DNA of 64,000 nucleotides from an uncultured Aquimarina sp. (GTDB lineage Bacteria; Bacteroidota; Bacteroidia; Flavobacteriales; Flavobacteriaceae), in contig CANMFM010000009.1 of assembly GCA_947497175.1 (NCBI GenBank), positions 36,348 through 100,347 on the forward strand, read 5' to 3'. A program made the position numbers and the translations under genes. Shown one piece after another: positions 1 to 10,916 of the stretch. Numbering within the stretch: position 1 is the first letter of the stretch; every line of letters begins with the position of its first letter. Below the pieces are notes generated by a model. The model saw nothing but the letters and a program-made list of their open reading frames with translations. It was not told the DNA's origin and made no database searches.

Positions 1-1
1 A

Positions 2-952
2 AAGGGTAGCACAACACGTAATGAAGATTTTCTAGAGCATTTATTTGTGGGTACAAATCACCAATATATGCTGTTCTTTACCCAAAAAGGGAAGTGTTTT
101 TGGATGCGGGTTTATGAAATACCTGAAGGAAGTAAAACCTCCAAGGGTAGAGCCATACAAAACCTTATCAATATTAGTAATGACGATAAAGTAAAAGCAT
201 TTATTTGTACTCAGGATCTTAAAGATGAAGAATATATCAATTCTCATTATGTCATAATGGCTACCAAAAAAGGGCAGGTCAAAAAGACATCATTAGAACA
301 ATATTCTAGACCAAGAACTAATGGTATCAATGCGATCACTATAAAAGATGATGATGAGCTTCTGGAAGCTAAATTAACTGACGGAAAGAGTCAAGTTATG
401 CTGGCCGTTAAATCTGGTAAAGCAATTCGTTTTGAAGAAGAGAAAACCAGACCGATGGGTCGTGGTGCTTCTGGAGTAAGAGGTATTCGTCTAGCAGATG
501 AAAATGACGAAGTCATTGGAATGGTAGCCGTAAATGATATGGAAAGCAATATTTTGGTTGTTTCTGAAAACGGATACGGAAAACGATCTAGCTTAGAAGA
601 TTACAGGATTACCAATCGAGGTGGTAAAGGAGTAAAAACAATTTCGGTTACCAAAAAAACCGGAAATTTGGTCGCTATAAAAAATGTAACTGACTTAGAT
701 GACCTAATGATTATCAATAAATCTGGTATTGCCATTCGATTGTCTGTTGAAGATTTACGGGTTATGGGGCGTGCAACACAAGGTGTTCGTCTGATTAATT
801 TAAAAGGTAAAGATTCAATAGCAGCGGTAGCAAAAGTAATGCATGATGAAGATGATATTGATGAAAATGGAATAGAAGATGAAAATATTTCTGTTCAGGA
901 TTCAGAATCTGCATCAGATGGCACAACTATTGATAAGGAAACAAAGGAATAA
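2..952 (+). CDS. gyrA: DNA gyrase subunit A, C-terminal beta-pinwheel domain with acidic tail (5' end outside window)
   Basis: The frame is open from nt 2 (KGSTTRNEDFLEHLFVGTNHQYMLFFTQKGKCFWMRVYEIPEG). It has repeated GyrA/ParC CTD blade motifs (GRGASGVRGIRL, NRGGKGVKTI, GRATQGVRLINL) and a D/E-rich tail. ParC is not fully excluded. Confidence 0.8.
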   Translation, partial: KGSTTRNEDFLEHLFVGTNHQYMLFFTQKGKCFWMRVYEIPEGSKTSKGRAIQNLINISNDDKVKAFICTQDLKDEEYINSHYVIMATKKGQVKKTSLEQYSRPRTNGINAITIKDDDELLEAKLTDGKSQVMLAVKSGKAIRFEEEKTRPMGRGASGVRGIRLADENDEVIGMVAVNDMESNILVVSENGYGKRSSLEDYRITNRGGKGVKTISVTKKTGNLVAIKNVTDLDDLMIINKSGIAIRLSVEDLRVMGRATQGVRLINLKGKDSIAAVAKVMHDEDDIDENGIEDENISVQDSESASDGTTIDKETKE

Positions 953-983
953 TTAAATCCCAATTTTAAAAAAAACTCAAGTA

Positions 984-2258
984 ATGAAAACTAAATTTAT
1001 CGTAGTATTATTTGTAACATTTAGTACTATAGGATTTTCTCAGAAACAAGAACTAAAATCAGCTTCTAAAGCTATAAAATCCGGTAATGTCGAAGCAGCT
1101 ACTGAAGCGCTAAAAGCGGCTGAGGGTCTTTTAGAGACTGCAGATCAAAAAATGAAAGCTCAATATTATTTTCTAAAGGGACAAGTTCTTTCTGCCTCTG
1201 CAGATACGTCTTTAGAAAAGATGGAAAATGCTGCTAGTGCGTATACGAAAGCAATCGAAATAGAAAATGAGTCAGGTATTTCTAAGTATTCGACAGAAGC
1301 TAATCAAAAAATTCAGACAATACGTCAGTCATTGATAGAAAATGCGATTAAAGATCAAAATGCTAAAAACTACAAAGGTGCTGCAGAAAAGCTGTATTTG
1401 GGATATACAACTAATAAAGTGGATACTATATATCTGTATTATGCTGCTGGTAATGCTGTAAACGGTAAGGATTATGATACCGCGTTAAAGTATTATGAAG
1501 AATTAAAAACCATTGGGTTTACTGGTATTACTGAAGAATTTGTGGCTACTAATAAAGAAACAGGAGAGGTTGAACCTTTCGATTCTAAGCAAACCAGAGA
1601 TCTTTCTGTCAAATCAGGTAAATATATCAAGCCAGACATACGCAAATTAGAATCTAAAAAAGGAGAAATCGTTAAAAACATCGCTTTGATTTATATGTCT
1701 CAAGGTAAAGACGAGGAAGCTATGAAGGCTATAGAAGAAGCTAGACAAGAAAATCCTGAAGATACTGCTTTGATGCAAGCACAGGCAGATATGTTTTACA
1801 AGCAGGGTAACATCGCTAAGTATAAAGAAATTATGGAGCAGATCGTTGCAAATGATCCTGAAAATCCTGATTTATTATACAATCTAGGTGTTAGTGCTTC
1901 TCGTTTAGGAGATAATGATCAGGCCATGGAGTATTATAAAAAAGCTCTAGAATTAAAACCTGATTATACTTCAGCCCAAATCAATATGGCTGCATTGATT
2001 CTTGGTGGTGAAAAGGCAATTGTTGAAGAAATGAACAACCTTGGTACTTCAAGTAAAGATTATAAGCGCTATGATGAGTTAAAAATCAAGAGAGAAGAAT
2101 TGTATAAAAGTGCTGTGCCTTATTTAGAAGGGGCACTAAAAAGTGATGCAGATAACATTGAAGCTGTGCGTACATTGATGAATATTTTTATGCAGTTAGA
2201 TGACCCAAAAGCTGATGCTTTAAAAAATAAATTAAAAGCTTTAGAAGGAGGTAATTAA
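984..2258 (+). CDS. Secreted tetratricopeptide-repeat protein
   Basis: Signal peptide MKTKFIVVLFVTFSTIGFSQ. Helical TPR-like repeats are present (e.g. AMEYYKKALELKPDY). Confidence 0.75.
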   Translation: MKTKFIVVLFVTFSTIGFSQKQELKSASKAIKSGNVEAATEALKAAEGLLETADQKMKAQYYFLKGQVLSASADTSLEKMENAASAYTKAIEIENESGISKYSTEANQKIQTIRQSLIENAIKDQNAKNYKGAAEKLYLGYTTNKVDTIYLYYAAGNAVNGKDYDTALKYYEELKTIGFTGITEEFVATNKETGEVEPFDSKQTRDLSVKSGKYIKPDIRKLESKKGEIVKNIALIYMSQGKDEEAMKAIEEARQENPEDTALMQAQADMFYKQGNIAKYKEIMEQIVANDPENPDLLYNLGVSASRLGDNDQAMEYYKKALELKPDYTSAQINMAALILGGEKAIVEEMNNLGTSSKDYKRYDELKIKREELYKSAVPYLEGALKSDADNIEAVRTLMNIFMQLDDPKADALKNKLKALEGGN

Positions 2259-2280
2259 TCCTTTGGCAAAATAAAGAATA

Positions 2281-2312
2281 AACGGGATCATGTTATTGAT
2301 CCCGTTTTTTTT
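2281..2312 (+). terminator. Rho-independent terminator after the TPR gene
   Basis: Stem AACGGGATCA/TGATCCCGTT followed by a T8 run. Confidence 0.75.
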
Positions 2313-2378
2313 ATCTTAAAGTTTTTATACATGTTTTTCTGTCTGAAAATAAAACTGATATCCTGAAAAATTAGAAGT

Positions 2379-2408
2379 AAAAAACGCCTTTTTTAATGTA
2401 AAGGCGTT
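2379..2408 (-). terminator. Rho-independent terminator after pheT
   Basis: On the minus strand, stem AACGCCTT/AAGGCGTT is followed by T6. It lies about 57 nt downstream of the pheT stop. Confidence 0.7.
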
Positions 2409-2464
2409 CTGATATAGATGCATAAAGGATCTTATGGGTGCTGTGTCAATTTTCAGAACTCAGG

Positions 2465-4891
2465 TTATCTGAGTTCAGCTCCTAATTTGCTCTCGAAATT
2501 ATGTTGTAGCTTATTCATAATTTTATCTATTTGTTTATCGGTAAGTGTTTTGTTCTCATCTTGTAATGTGAAACTCACGGCATATGATTTTTTTCCTTTA
2601 GGTAAGTTTTTACCTTGATAAACATCAAATAAATTTATGTCTTTTAAAAGCTGTTTTTCGGTCTGCTTTGCTATAGTATGAATCTCCTCAAATTTAACAG
2701 AATCATCTAAAAGCAGGGCAAAGTCTCGGCGCACTTCTGGAAATTTAGGGATATCTTTGTACCAGATTTTATTGTGTTTGGCAAAGTCTACTATAGCATC
2801 CCAGTTAAAATCGGCATATAGTACCTCCTGTGAAATAGAAAAATGCTTTAGAATAGATTTTTTGATAATCCCAAAATCTACAAGTTTGGCTTTGCCCAAA
2901 CTAAGAGAAAGTCCTTCAGAAAATAGATCATTCTTAACAGGAGTGGTTTTGATTTTTGTTAGTCCAAGACGCTGCAAAATAGATAATACCACACCTTTAA
3001 GATAAAAGAAATCACCGTGTACTTGCTTGGTTTTCCAGTTTTCTTTTATATGATTACCAGAAATAATAATGCTTAGATGTTTGTTTTCGATTCGTCCATT
3101 ATCGTAATCATGGTAGGTTTTACCAAATTCGAATAACTTTAAATCAGAGCGTTTTCTATTGATGTTATATGATACTGCTTCTAGACCTGAAAATAACATA
3201 GATTGTCTTAAAACTGCAAGATCATTACTAAGAGGATTTAACATCTCGACGTTATTTTCCATTTTAAGTTGTTCACTTAAATTAATATAATCTTGAGTGG
3301 TAAGCGAATTAGCCAACATCTCATTATATCCCTGTCCAACCAATTGATTTGATATGGTATTCTGTATCTTATGGTCAGAGAATTTATCAATATTAGAAAT
3401 CGAGGCATTTAACTTCTGTGTAAAATCTATGTTGTTATAGCCATATACTCTAAGGATTTCTTCAATGACATCAACTTCTCTTTGCACATCATTTCGATAT
3501 GCTGGTATCGTAAGTCCGATACCTTTTTCAGTTATGCTGTTTATTTTTATATCTAACGATGTAAGTATAGATTTGATGGTTTCCTGTGGAAGCTCTTCTC
3601 CAATCAACTTAGCAGTATTTTCGAAGGATAAAAACACCTGAAAATCTTCAATCTTTTTTGGATACAAATCTATAATTTCACTAGAAATATGCCCTCCGGC
3701 TAATTCTTGTATTAAAAGGGCAGCTCTTTTTAAAGCGTATTCGGTAATATTTGGATCAATACCTCTTTCAAACCTAAAAGAGGCATCTGTATTTAATCCA
3801 TGACGTTTTGCAGTTTTACGTACACTTATTGGATTAAAATAAGCACTCTCTAAAAATATTGATGTAGTATTATCTGTAACACCAGAGTGAATACCTCCAA
3901 ACACACCTGCAATACAAAGTGGTTTTACAGCATCGCAAATCATTAGATCTTCTTCATGCAATTCTCTTTCTACCTCATCTAAAGTGGTAAACTTAGTTCT
4001 AGCCTCTACTGTTTTTACTTCAATAATGTTACCTTCGATGTAGTGAGCGTCAAAAGCATGCAACGGTTGCCCTAATTCGTGTAATACATAATTAGTAACA
4101 TCGACAACATTATTTTTTGGAGTTATTCCTATTGCCTTTAGTCTGTGTTGTAACCAAGAGGGGGATTCTCCAACTTTAATATCAGAAATAGTAACTCCAC
4201 AATATCTAGGAGCCAAAGTGGGATCATTAACCTCAATATTAATTTTGTGCAACCTGTTCTCCACTCTAAAATTGCTCACAGATGGAGTAATAAATTCCAG
4301 GTTGATATCCTTTTGTTGTAACCCTGCTTTAAGGTCACGGGCGGTGCCCCAATGACTCATAGCGTCTGCACGATTAGGGGTAAGTCCTATCTCGAATATT
4401 TGATCATTTTCTATATCAAATACTTCAGCAGCCCTTGTGCCTACGGTGATATTAGTATCAAGAACCATAATTCCATCATGATTTTTTCCTAGACCTAATT
4501 CGTCTTCGGCACAAATCATACCATGGCTTTCTTCTCCACGAATTTTCCCTTTTTTGATAACCCATTCTTTACCGTCATCATCATATAACTTTGTACCTAT
4601 TGTGGCTACGGGTACTTTTTGACCAGCAGCAACATTTGGAGCACCACAAACAATCTGTACAGGGGTTCCGGTACCTAAATCAACTTTCGTTATTTTCAAT
4701 TTATCTGCATTGGGATGTTTTTCACAAGTAAGAACTTGTCCTACAACAACACCTTCTAATCCACCTTTAACACTTTGGTAGGCTTCAATTCCTTCTACTT
4801 CTAAGCCTAAATCTGTAAGCAATTCACCTGTTTTCTCAGCATCCCAATCTGGGTTAATGAATTGTTTTAGCCAGTTATATGAAATCTTCAT
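2465..4891 (-). CDS. pheT: Phenylalanine--tRNA ligase beta subunit
   Basis: 808 aa. N-terminus MKISYNWLKQFI, tRNA-binding domain motif HPNADKL, and B3/4, B5 and C-terminal anticodon-binding-like regions typical of PheT. Confidence 0.95.
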   Translation of the reverse strand: MKISYNWLKQFINPDWDAEKTGELLTDLGLEVEGIEAYQSVKGGLEGVVVGQVLTCEKHPNADKLKITKVDLGTGTPVQIVCGAPNVAAGQKVPVATIGTKLYDDDGKEWVIKKGKIRGEESHGMICAEDELGLGKNHDGIMVLDTNITVGTRAAEVFDIENDQIFEIGLTPNRADAMSHWGTARDLKAGLQQKDINLEFITPSVSNFRVENRLHKINIEVNDPTLAPRYCGVTISDIKVGESPSWLQHRLKAIGITPKNNVVDVTNYVLHELGQPLHAFDAHYIEGNIIEVKTVEARTKFTTLDEVERELHEEDLMICDAVKPLCIAGVFGGIHSGVTDNTTSIFLESAYFNPISVRKTAKRHGLNTDASFRFERGIDPNITEYALKRAALLIQELAGGHISSEIIDLYPKKIEDFQVFLSFENTAKLIGEELPQETIKSILTSLDIKINSITEKGIGLTIPAYRNDVQREVDVIEEILRVYGYNNIDFTQKLNASISNIDKFSDHKIQNTISNQLVGQGYNEMLANSLTTQDYINLSEQLKMENNVEMLNPLSNDLAVLRQSMLFSGLEAVSYNINRKRSDLKLFEFGKTYHDYDNGRIENKHLSIIISGNHIKENWKTKQVHGDFFYLKGVVLSILQRLGLTKIKTTPVKNDLFSEGLSLSLGKAKLVDFGIIKKSILKHFSISQEVLYADFNWDAIVDFAKHNKIWYKDIPKFPEVRRDFALLLDDSVKFEEIHTIAKQTEKQLLKDINLFDVYQGKNLPKGKKSYAVSFTLQDENKTLTDKQIDKIMNKLQHNFESKLGAELR

Positions 4892-5086
4892 TGATGATTA
4901 TTCTAAATTCAGTCGGTAAAGATAATATATTGAATAGAGGTTACAAATAAGAACCATTTTATCTTTCGTAAATTCATTAAAAAAGATCCTAATAAAGCCT
5001 TCTTGGACATAAATACCAGGATTATCTTTTTATCCAATTTATTAATACTTAATTTTTCATATTTTTGAATTCAAAAAGTATCAGAT

Positions 5087-5440
5087 ATGAATAAGGCAAA
5101 AAGTAAGAATTGGCTCATTATTGTGTTTTTGTTTAGTTGTTGGTGTACCTTTTCGCAAGAGGAAAAAGTAAATGTAAAAAAAGATACACGTACTATTAAA
5201 ATAAAAACTGATCAACCTGACAAGGTTCGGGAGGATACAAAAAACAATAAGGAATTTTTTCGGAAAAGTGAATTCAATACTACCGCTGAACGCTATTCGA
5301 AAGAGGGCTTAACTCCTTACATTGGTAAGGATGGACAGGCAGTATTTCCATTGGGTGAAGCTGAAGATAATACAACGAAAAAAGAAAGAAAGAAGAAAAC
5401 TAGTACTAAAAACTCAAAAAAGCAGTCATCCAAGAATTAA
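5087..5440 (+). CDS. Small secreted K/E-rich protein, unknown function
   Basis: Signal-like N-terminus MNKAKSKNWLIIVFLFSCWCTFSQ and a low-complexity lysine-rich tail. No recognisable domain. Confidence 0.5.
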   Translation: MNKAKSKNWLIIVFLFSCWCTFSQEEKVNVKKDTRTIKIKTDQPDKVREDTKNNKEFFRKSEFNTTAERYSKEGLTPYIGKDGQAVFPLGEAEDNTTKKERKKKTSTKNSKKQSSKN

Positions 5441-5568
5441 GAAGGAGTCTGTTTTAAATTAAATCTGATTTATAAATAACATTAGTTCTATACTTTTTAA
5501 TAGAGAGAAGATATTGCCTGGTTTTTTGCGGACTTATCTTTTAATCCCATACAATAATATTTTATTCA

Positions 5569-6798
5569 ATGAAAATCAACACCCTATGTTTTTTAGTTCT
5601 TACGCTTTTAATAGCATCTTGTAAGAAAAATGAGAAACAATCTTTTTTTGATTTCAAAAGTGGTCCCTGGAGGGCAACATTGAAGGTGCAAGACAACAAA
5701 CAACTTCCTTTTTTATTTGAAGTTATGGATGATCAGAGTTTAAAAATCTTTAACGCCGAAGAAGTTATAGATGTAAATGAAATAGAAATAAATGGAGACT
5801 CTATAAAAATTAAATTTCCTGTTTTTGAAGGGTATGTTGCTGCAAAATTTATAGACTCGATGAATATCTCCGGTAGTTTTATTAAAGAAAGTCTTGGTAG
5901 GGTAGTCCCTTTTGAGGCAAAATATGGGCAACAGGATCGGTTTAAAATTACCTCAAAACCCTCAAAAGACATCACCGGTAACTGGGAGACTGTTTTTAGT
6001 GAAGGTAATGCAGAAGATCGTTACGTAGCCAAAGGGATATTTTCTCAAAACGGTAATATTGTTACAGGAACATTTAGAACAACAACAGGAGATTATCGAT
6101 ATCTCGAGGGGGTTCTCAACGACGATCAACTACAGTTGTCAACCTTTGACGGCGCCCATGCATTTTTGTTTACAGCTCAAGTAAACGACAGTACAATTAA
6201 TGGTAATTTTTATTCAGGTAATCATTGGAAAGAGCCATTTACGGCTAAGAAAAATGAAAAGTATAAGTTACCATCAGAAGATTCATTAACTTTTCTTAAA
6301 AAGGGGTATGATACCTTTGATTTTGATTTTCCTAATGTGAAAGGAGATCAGGTTTCTCTAAAAGATTCACGATTTAAGGATAAGGTTGTTATTGTTCAAA
6401 TCATGGGAACATGGTGCCCTAATTGCATGGATGAAACCAAGTATTATGTCGATTTTTATAATGAGAATAAAGAAAAAGGTATAGCGATCGTGGCCTTAGC
6501 TTTCGAGTATGCCAAAACCAAAGAAAAAGCCTTTAATTCTATAAAGAGATTACAAGAAAAATTAAATGTAGAATACCCTATTCTTCTTGCCCAATTCGGG
6601 ACCTCAGATAAACAAAAAGCACAAGAAAAATTACCAATGCTTAACCATGTTTTATCGTATCCAACCACTATCTTTATTGATAAAAAAGGAGAAGTTCGTA
6701 AAATACACACAGGTTTTAATGGTCCGGCTACAGGACAGAAATATATTGACTTCAAAAAGGATTTCGAGGAGTTTGTAAATCAATTGGTAACAGAATAA
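5569..6798 (+). CDS. Lipoprotein with C-terminal TlpA/ResA-like thioredoxin-fold domain (thiol-disulfide oxidoreductase)
   Basis: Lipobox LLIASC. WCPNC redox motif lies in an AhpC/TSA-like C-terminal half. Confidence 0.8.
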   Translation: MKINTLCFLVLTLLIASCKKNEKQSFFDFKSGPWRATLKVQDNKQLPFLFEVMDDQSLKIFNAEEVIDVNEIEINGDSIKIKFPVFEGYVAAKFIDSMNISGSFIKESLGRVVPFEAKYGQQDRFKITSKPSKDITGNWETVFSEGNAEDRYVAKGIFSQNGNIVTGTFRTTTGDYRYLEGVLNDDQLQLSTFDGAHAFLFTAQVNDSTINGNFYSGNHWKEPFTAKKNEKYKLPSEDSLTFLKKGYDTFDFDFPNVKGDQVSLKDSRFKDKVVIVQIMGTWCPNCMDETKYYVDFYNENKEKGIAIVALAFEYAKTKEKAFNSIKRLQEKLNVEYPILLAQFGTSDKQKAQEKLPMLNHVLSYPTTIFIDKKGEVRKIHTGFNGPATGQKYIDFKKDFEEFVNQLVTE

Positions 6799-7037
6799 AC
6801 CAGTGTAACGATCAATTACAAATTTCATGATAATACAGAAAACCAAAAAAAGGGAAAAGAACAATTGATAGTATTTCTAAAATTGAGTATTCAAAAGGCT
6901 AAGAATTTTCTAAACTATTTGTACTGAGATTACAGTAAAATCATAAAGATTTGGTGGTGGTATAAAGTAGTTTTATTCCTTAATAGTTTTATGGTAAAGT
7001 TGTATTAGTGTATCTTTGTATCACCAAATTTAACCAC

Positions 7038-9131
7038 ATGAGTAAAGCCGTTTATATAGCCACTATTGAGCCAAATAGTGGTAAGTCTATAGTTGTTTTA
7101 GGAATGATGCGTATGCTACTGGGTAAAATAGCCAAAGTAGGATATTTTAGACCGATTATTGATGATCCTGCCTCGGGAGAGGTGGATAATCATATCAACA
7201 CCGTGATATCCCATTTCGAATTAGATATCAATTTTGAAAACGCGTATGCCTATACCAGAAGTGAGGTATTACAAAAATATAATCAAGGCAAATCAGGAGA
7301 AGTCATTGATGGTATCATCAGAAAATATAAAGACCTTGAAGAAAAATTCGATTTTATTTTAGTTGAAGGAACTGATTTTTCTGACGAAGGCAGTATTATC
7401 GAATTTGATATCAATGTAATCATTGCCAAGAATCTAGGAATACCCGCAGTTATTGTTGCCAGTGGCATTGATAAGAAAAATGAAGAAATTGTAGGAAACC
7501 TAAAACTGGCTTTTGATACGTTTAATAGCAAAGATGTAGAGGTTTTGGCTATGGTGGCTAACAAAGTAACACCCGGTTGCGAAAAGAACTTGAATGCCGC
7601 TTTTGAAAAGAGTTTTGAAAATGAGGTAGAGAGAATAATCATACCAAGGATAAATTCTTTAATCAATCCTACGATCAAAGAAATCGTAAATGAACTAAAG
7701 GGTACCGTTCTATTTGGTAAAGAGTATCTAAATAATCAAGCCGGTAATTTTGGAGTAGGAGCCATGCAGCTGCGTAATTATCTAACACATCTTAAAGAAA
7801 ATAGTTTAGTCGTAACACCGGGAGATCGTGCAGATATAATCCTTGGGGTATTACAAGCTAATATTTCAGATAATTATCCAAAAATTTCGGGGATTATACT
7901 TACCGGTGGAATTATCCCTGAAAAACCTATTCTTAAGTTAATAGAAGGGGTTTCTTTATCTTTTCCTATCATATCAGTTTCTAGCGGAACATTCTCTATT
8001 ACTAACCAGATAGGAGCTATTAAATCAAAAATATACGTCGACAATCTTCAAAAGATCAATACTTCGATCAGTACATTCGAAAAATACGTAGACGAAGATC
8101 GCTTGGCAGATCGATTGATTACCTTCAAATCTGAAGGGCTTACACCTCGTATGTTTCAGTATAACTTATTAAGAAGAGCGCTACAGCATAAAAAACGTAT
8201 TGTCTTACCGGAAGGAGCTGATGAAAGAATATTAAGAGCTACTTCCAGATTATTAGCTTCAGATGTAGTAGAGATCACATTGATTGGTGATGAAAAGAAA
8301 ATAAAGAATAAGGCGGTAAAGCTTGATATTCCCATTGATTTTAATAAGGTCAATGTTGTGTTTCCAACCAAGTCTCCGTATTACGACGATTATGTAGAAA
8401 CATTTTATGAGTTGAGAAAACATAAGAATGTGAATTTGGATATGGCCAAGGATATGATGGCAGATGTTTCATATTTTGGAACAATGATGATCTATAAAGG
8501 CCATGCAGATGGTATGGTTTCGGGAGCGATACATACCACACAGCACACGATAAGACCCGCTCTACAGTTTATCAAAACAAAACCTGGTGTAAAAGTAGTT
8601 TCTTCCGTATTTTTTATGTGTTTAGAAGATAGGGTTTCTGTGTTTGGCGATTGTGCGATAAATCCGAATCCAGATGCTGAACAATTGGCAGAAATAGCAA
8701 TTTCTTCTTCAGAATCAGCTTTAGCCTTTGGGATAGAACCTAAAGTAGCAATGCTGTCATATTCTTCTGGAACTTCGGGGAAAGGAGCAGACGTAGACAT
8801 TGTAAGAGCTGCTACCGCTATTGTTAAAGAAAAACGGCCTGATCTTAAAATTGAAGGTCCTATACAATATGATGCCGCTGTGGATATGAGAGTTGGACAA
8901 AGTAAGCTCCCTGATTCTGAAGTGGCGGGACAGGCTAGTGTTTTAATATTTCCAGATTTGAATACAGGAAACAATACCTATAAGGCAGTACAGCGAGAAA
9001 CTGGTGCGCTGGCAATCGGCCCAATGTTGCAAGGGTTAAATAAACCAGTAAATGATTTAAGCCGTGGCTGTACAGTAGATGATGTATACAACACAGTTAT
9101 CATCACAGCGATACAGGCACAGGGATTTTAA
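7038..9131 (+). CDS. pta: Phosphate acetyltransferase (long form)
   Basis: About 697 aa, with an N-terminal P-loop-like/DRTGG region and a C-terminal PTA_PTB domain. The ATG at 7038 (MSKAVYIATIEPNSGKS) is preferred over the GTG at 7008. ackA lies immediately downstream. Confidence 0.9.
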   Translation: MSKAVYIATIEPNSGKSIVVLGMMRMLLGKIAKVGYFRPIIDDPASGEVDNHINTVISHFELDINFENAYAYTRSEVLQKYNQGKSGEVIDGIIRKYKDLEEKFDFILVEGTDFSDEGSIIEFDINVIIAKNLGIPAVIVASGIDKKNEEIVGNLKLAFDTFNSKDVEVLAMVANKVTPGCEKNLNAAFEKSFENEVERIIIPRINSLINPTIKEIVNELKGTVLFGKEYLNNQAGNFGVGAMQLRNYLTHLKENSLVVTPGDRADIILGVLQANISDNYPKISGIILTGGIIPEKPILKLIEGVSLSFPIISVSSGTFSITNQIGAIKSKIYVDNLQKINTSISTFEKYVDEDRLADRLITFKSEGLTPRMFQYNLLRRALQHKKRIVLPEGADERILRATSRLLASDVVEITLIGDEKKIKNKAVKLDIPIDFNKVNVVFPTKSPYYDDYVETFYELRKHKNVNLDMAKDMMADVSYFGTMMIYKGHADGMVSGAIHTTQHTIRPALQFIKTKPGVKVVSSVFFMCLEDRVSVFGDCAINPNPDAEQLAEIAISSSESALAFGIEPKVAMLSYSSGTSGKGADVDIVRAATAIVKEKRPDLKIEGPIQYDAAVDMRVGQSKLPDSEVAGQASVLIFPDLNTGNNTYKAVQRETGALAIGPMLQGLNKPVNDLSRGCTVDDVYNTVIITAIQAQGF

Positions 9132-9148
9132 AAAACAAAAAAAGGGAA

Positions 9149-10339
9149 ATGCAAGTATTAGTAGTAAACTCGGGGAGCTCTTCTATAAAGTTTCAATTAT
9201 TTTCTATGCCACACGCACAAGTAATTTGTTCAGGTCTGGTCGAGCGTATTGGTCTAGAAAATGCTAAAATTACATATGCTGCTTCTAAGCAAGAAAAAAT
9301 AGAAAAAACAGGAAGTATTGCAAATCACCAGGAAGGTTTACAATTAATAGCTCAATATTTGATGAATAATGAAGTAGGAGTTATTCAATCGGCTTCAGAG
9401 ATTCATGTCGTTGGTCATCGGGTGGTGCATGGTGGTAGTACTTTTGCCGAAACGGTAGAAATCACAGAAGAAGTGAAACAAAAAATAGAAAAACTCTCTG
9501 CTTTAGCACCATTACATAATCCAGCTAATCTTGAAGGAATTTTAGTAGCCGAAGAAATTTTTCCTAAAGCCAGGCAGGTGGCTGTTTTTGATACAGCATT
9601 TCATCAAACGATTCCTATAGAAGCATATAAATATGCTATTCCCAATAAGTTTTTGTCTGAAAATAACATAAGAGTATATGGTTTTCATGGTACTAGTCAT
9701 AAGTATGTATCTGAAAAAGCAATTCAATATTTAGAAAAACCGAACTCCAAGATTATTACGATCCATTTAGGAAATGGTTGTAGTATGACAGCCATAAAAA
9801 ATGGTAAGAGTATAGATCATACTTTAGGTTTTGCTCCTATGAATGGATTAATCATGGGAACACGATCTGGAGATATCGATCCGGCAGTTATTTTTTATAT
9901 GGTCAACTCCTTGAAGTATACCTTAGCTGAGGTTAATTCACTTCTACAAAAAGAAAGCGGAATGCTCGGACTTACAGGCTATAGTGATCTTCGTGATATA
10001 GAGTCTGAGGCCGAAAAAGGTAATGAAGATTGTATTTCAGCCTTAAAAATGAATGCATATCGTATAAAAAAATTTATAGGAGCATATGCTTCAATAATGA
10101 ATGGATTAGATGCGATTGTATTTACAGCAGGTATAGGAGAAAATTCAGACGTGGTACGAGAATTAGTTTGTGAAGATCAAGAATTTTTAGGAATTCAGCT
10201 GGATAAAGAAAAAAACAGTAAACGGTCTAAAGAAACCAGAGATATTAGTACTTTATCTTCAAAGGTGAAAATTCTTGTAATTCCAACCAATGAAGAGCTT
10301 GAAATAGCCAAACAGTCTTTTGATCTACTTGAAAAATAA
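9149..10339 (+). CDS. ackA: Acetate kinase
   Basis: MQVLVVNSGSSSIKFQLF N-terminus. HRVVHGG, GFHGTSH and TAGIGENS motifs are present. The start is 18 nt after pta. Confidence 0.95.
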   Translation: MQVLVVNSGSSSIKFQLFSMPHAQVICSGLVERIGLENAKITYAASKQEKIEKTGSIANHQEGLQLIAQYLMNNEVGVIQSASEIHVVGHRVVHGGSTFAETVEITEEVKQKIEKLSALAPLHNPANLEGILVAEEIFPKARQVAVFDTAFHQTIPIEAYKYAIPNKFLSENNIRVYGFHGTSHKYVSEKAIQYLEKPNSKIITIHLGNGCSMTAIKNGKSIDHTLGFAPMNGLIMGTRSGDIDPAVIFYMVNSLKYTLAEVNSLLQKESGMLGLTGYSDLRDIESEAEKGNEDCISALKMNAYRIKKFIGAYASIMNGLDAIVFTAGIGENSDVVRELVCEDQEFLGIQLDKEKNSKRSKETRDISTLSSKVKILVIPTNEELEIAKQSFDLLEK

Positions 10340-10916
10340 AAAAAGCAAACCTTATGTTTGCCTCTTATGACCATACTTCTATTTATGCAAAAATAGAACG
10401 CCCCTATCTATCAAAATTTCTGGGTTCACAGAAGGTCCCATCCTATGTACTAAAACACCCTCCGCCAAAAAGACAACATCTTACTCTAAAAGATGCTCCT
10501 CTAACTTGTTTTTGCTGTTCTTTACTTGGTATACGAACTCCAGTTAAATTTAAGATTTTTTTCATTTGCTCTGTATATTTAAGTTAGCACACATATGTAA
10601 TTTAGAATATTGATAATCATATGATTAATCACTTAAAAAGAAATAAAGTTGATTGATAAATTTTTATCAGTCTAGTGTTGTTTTCGTGAAAAATGTTGAC
10701 GTATACTTTTGATTCCTGTTGTAAGAAATAACTTATTAACAAATGTTAAATTGGTTAAGTGTTTGTATATTAATTGTTTATCAATGTTTTTTAAACTAAA
10801 CACTACATTATCAACATACTACATAACGATATGGTAACATACGGTGCTGGTGAGTCTAATAAAATAATTTTAGTTTCGGGCTGGATTAAATAAACAAACT
10901 CACAATACAACACACA

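Noticed and set aside
8492-8974. Long antisense ORFs inside confident genes (8492..8974, 7283..7678, 11393..11818, 42148..42630, 36804..37130, 18262..18651, 56782..57126 and others).
   Set aside because: They are shadow ORFs opposite well-supported coding regions with strong family motifs.
10345-10364. Hairpin GCAAAC-CTTAT-GTTTGC just after the ackA stop, as a terminator.
   Set aside because: The stem is short (6 bp) with no downstream T-run on the + strand. The evidence is too weak to call.
10354-10587. 77-aa ORF in the long spacer after ackA. Similar short ORFs lie in spacers or palindromes (2418..2618, 26603..26788, 31872..32066, 38911..39219, 47836..48117, 29249..29668).
   Set aside because: They have low-complexity, Cys/Phe/Leu-rich translations, lie in intergenic or antisense AT-rich DNA (several read straight through attC-like sites), and have no motifs.
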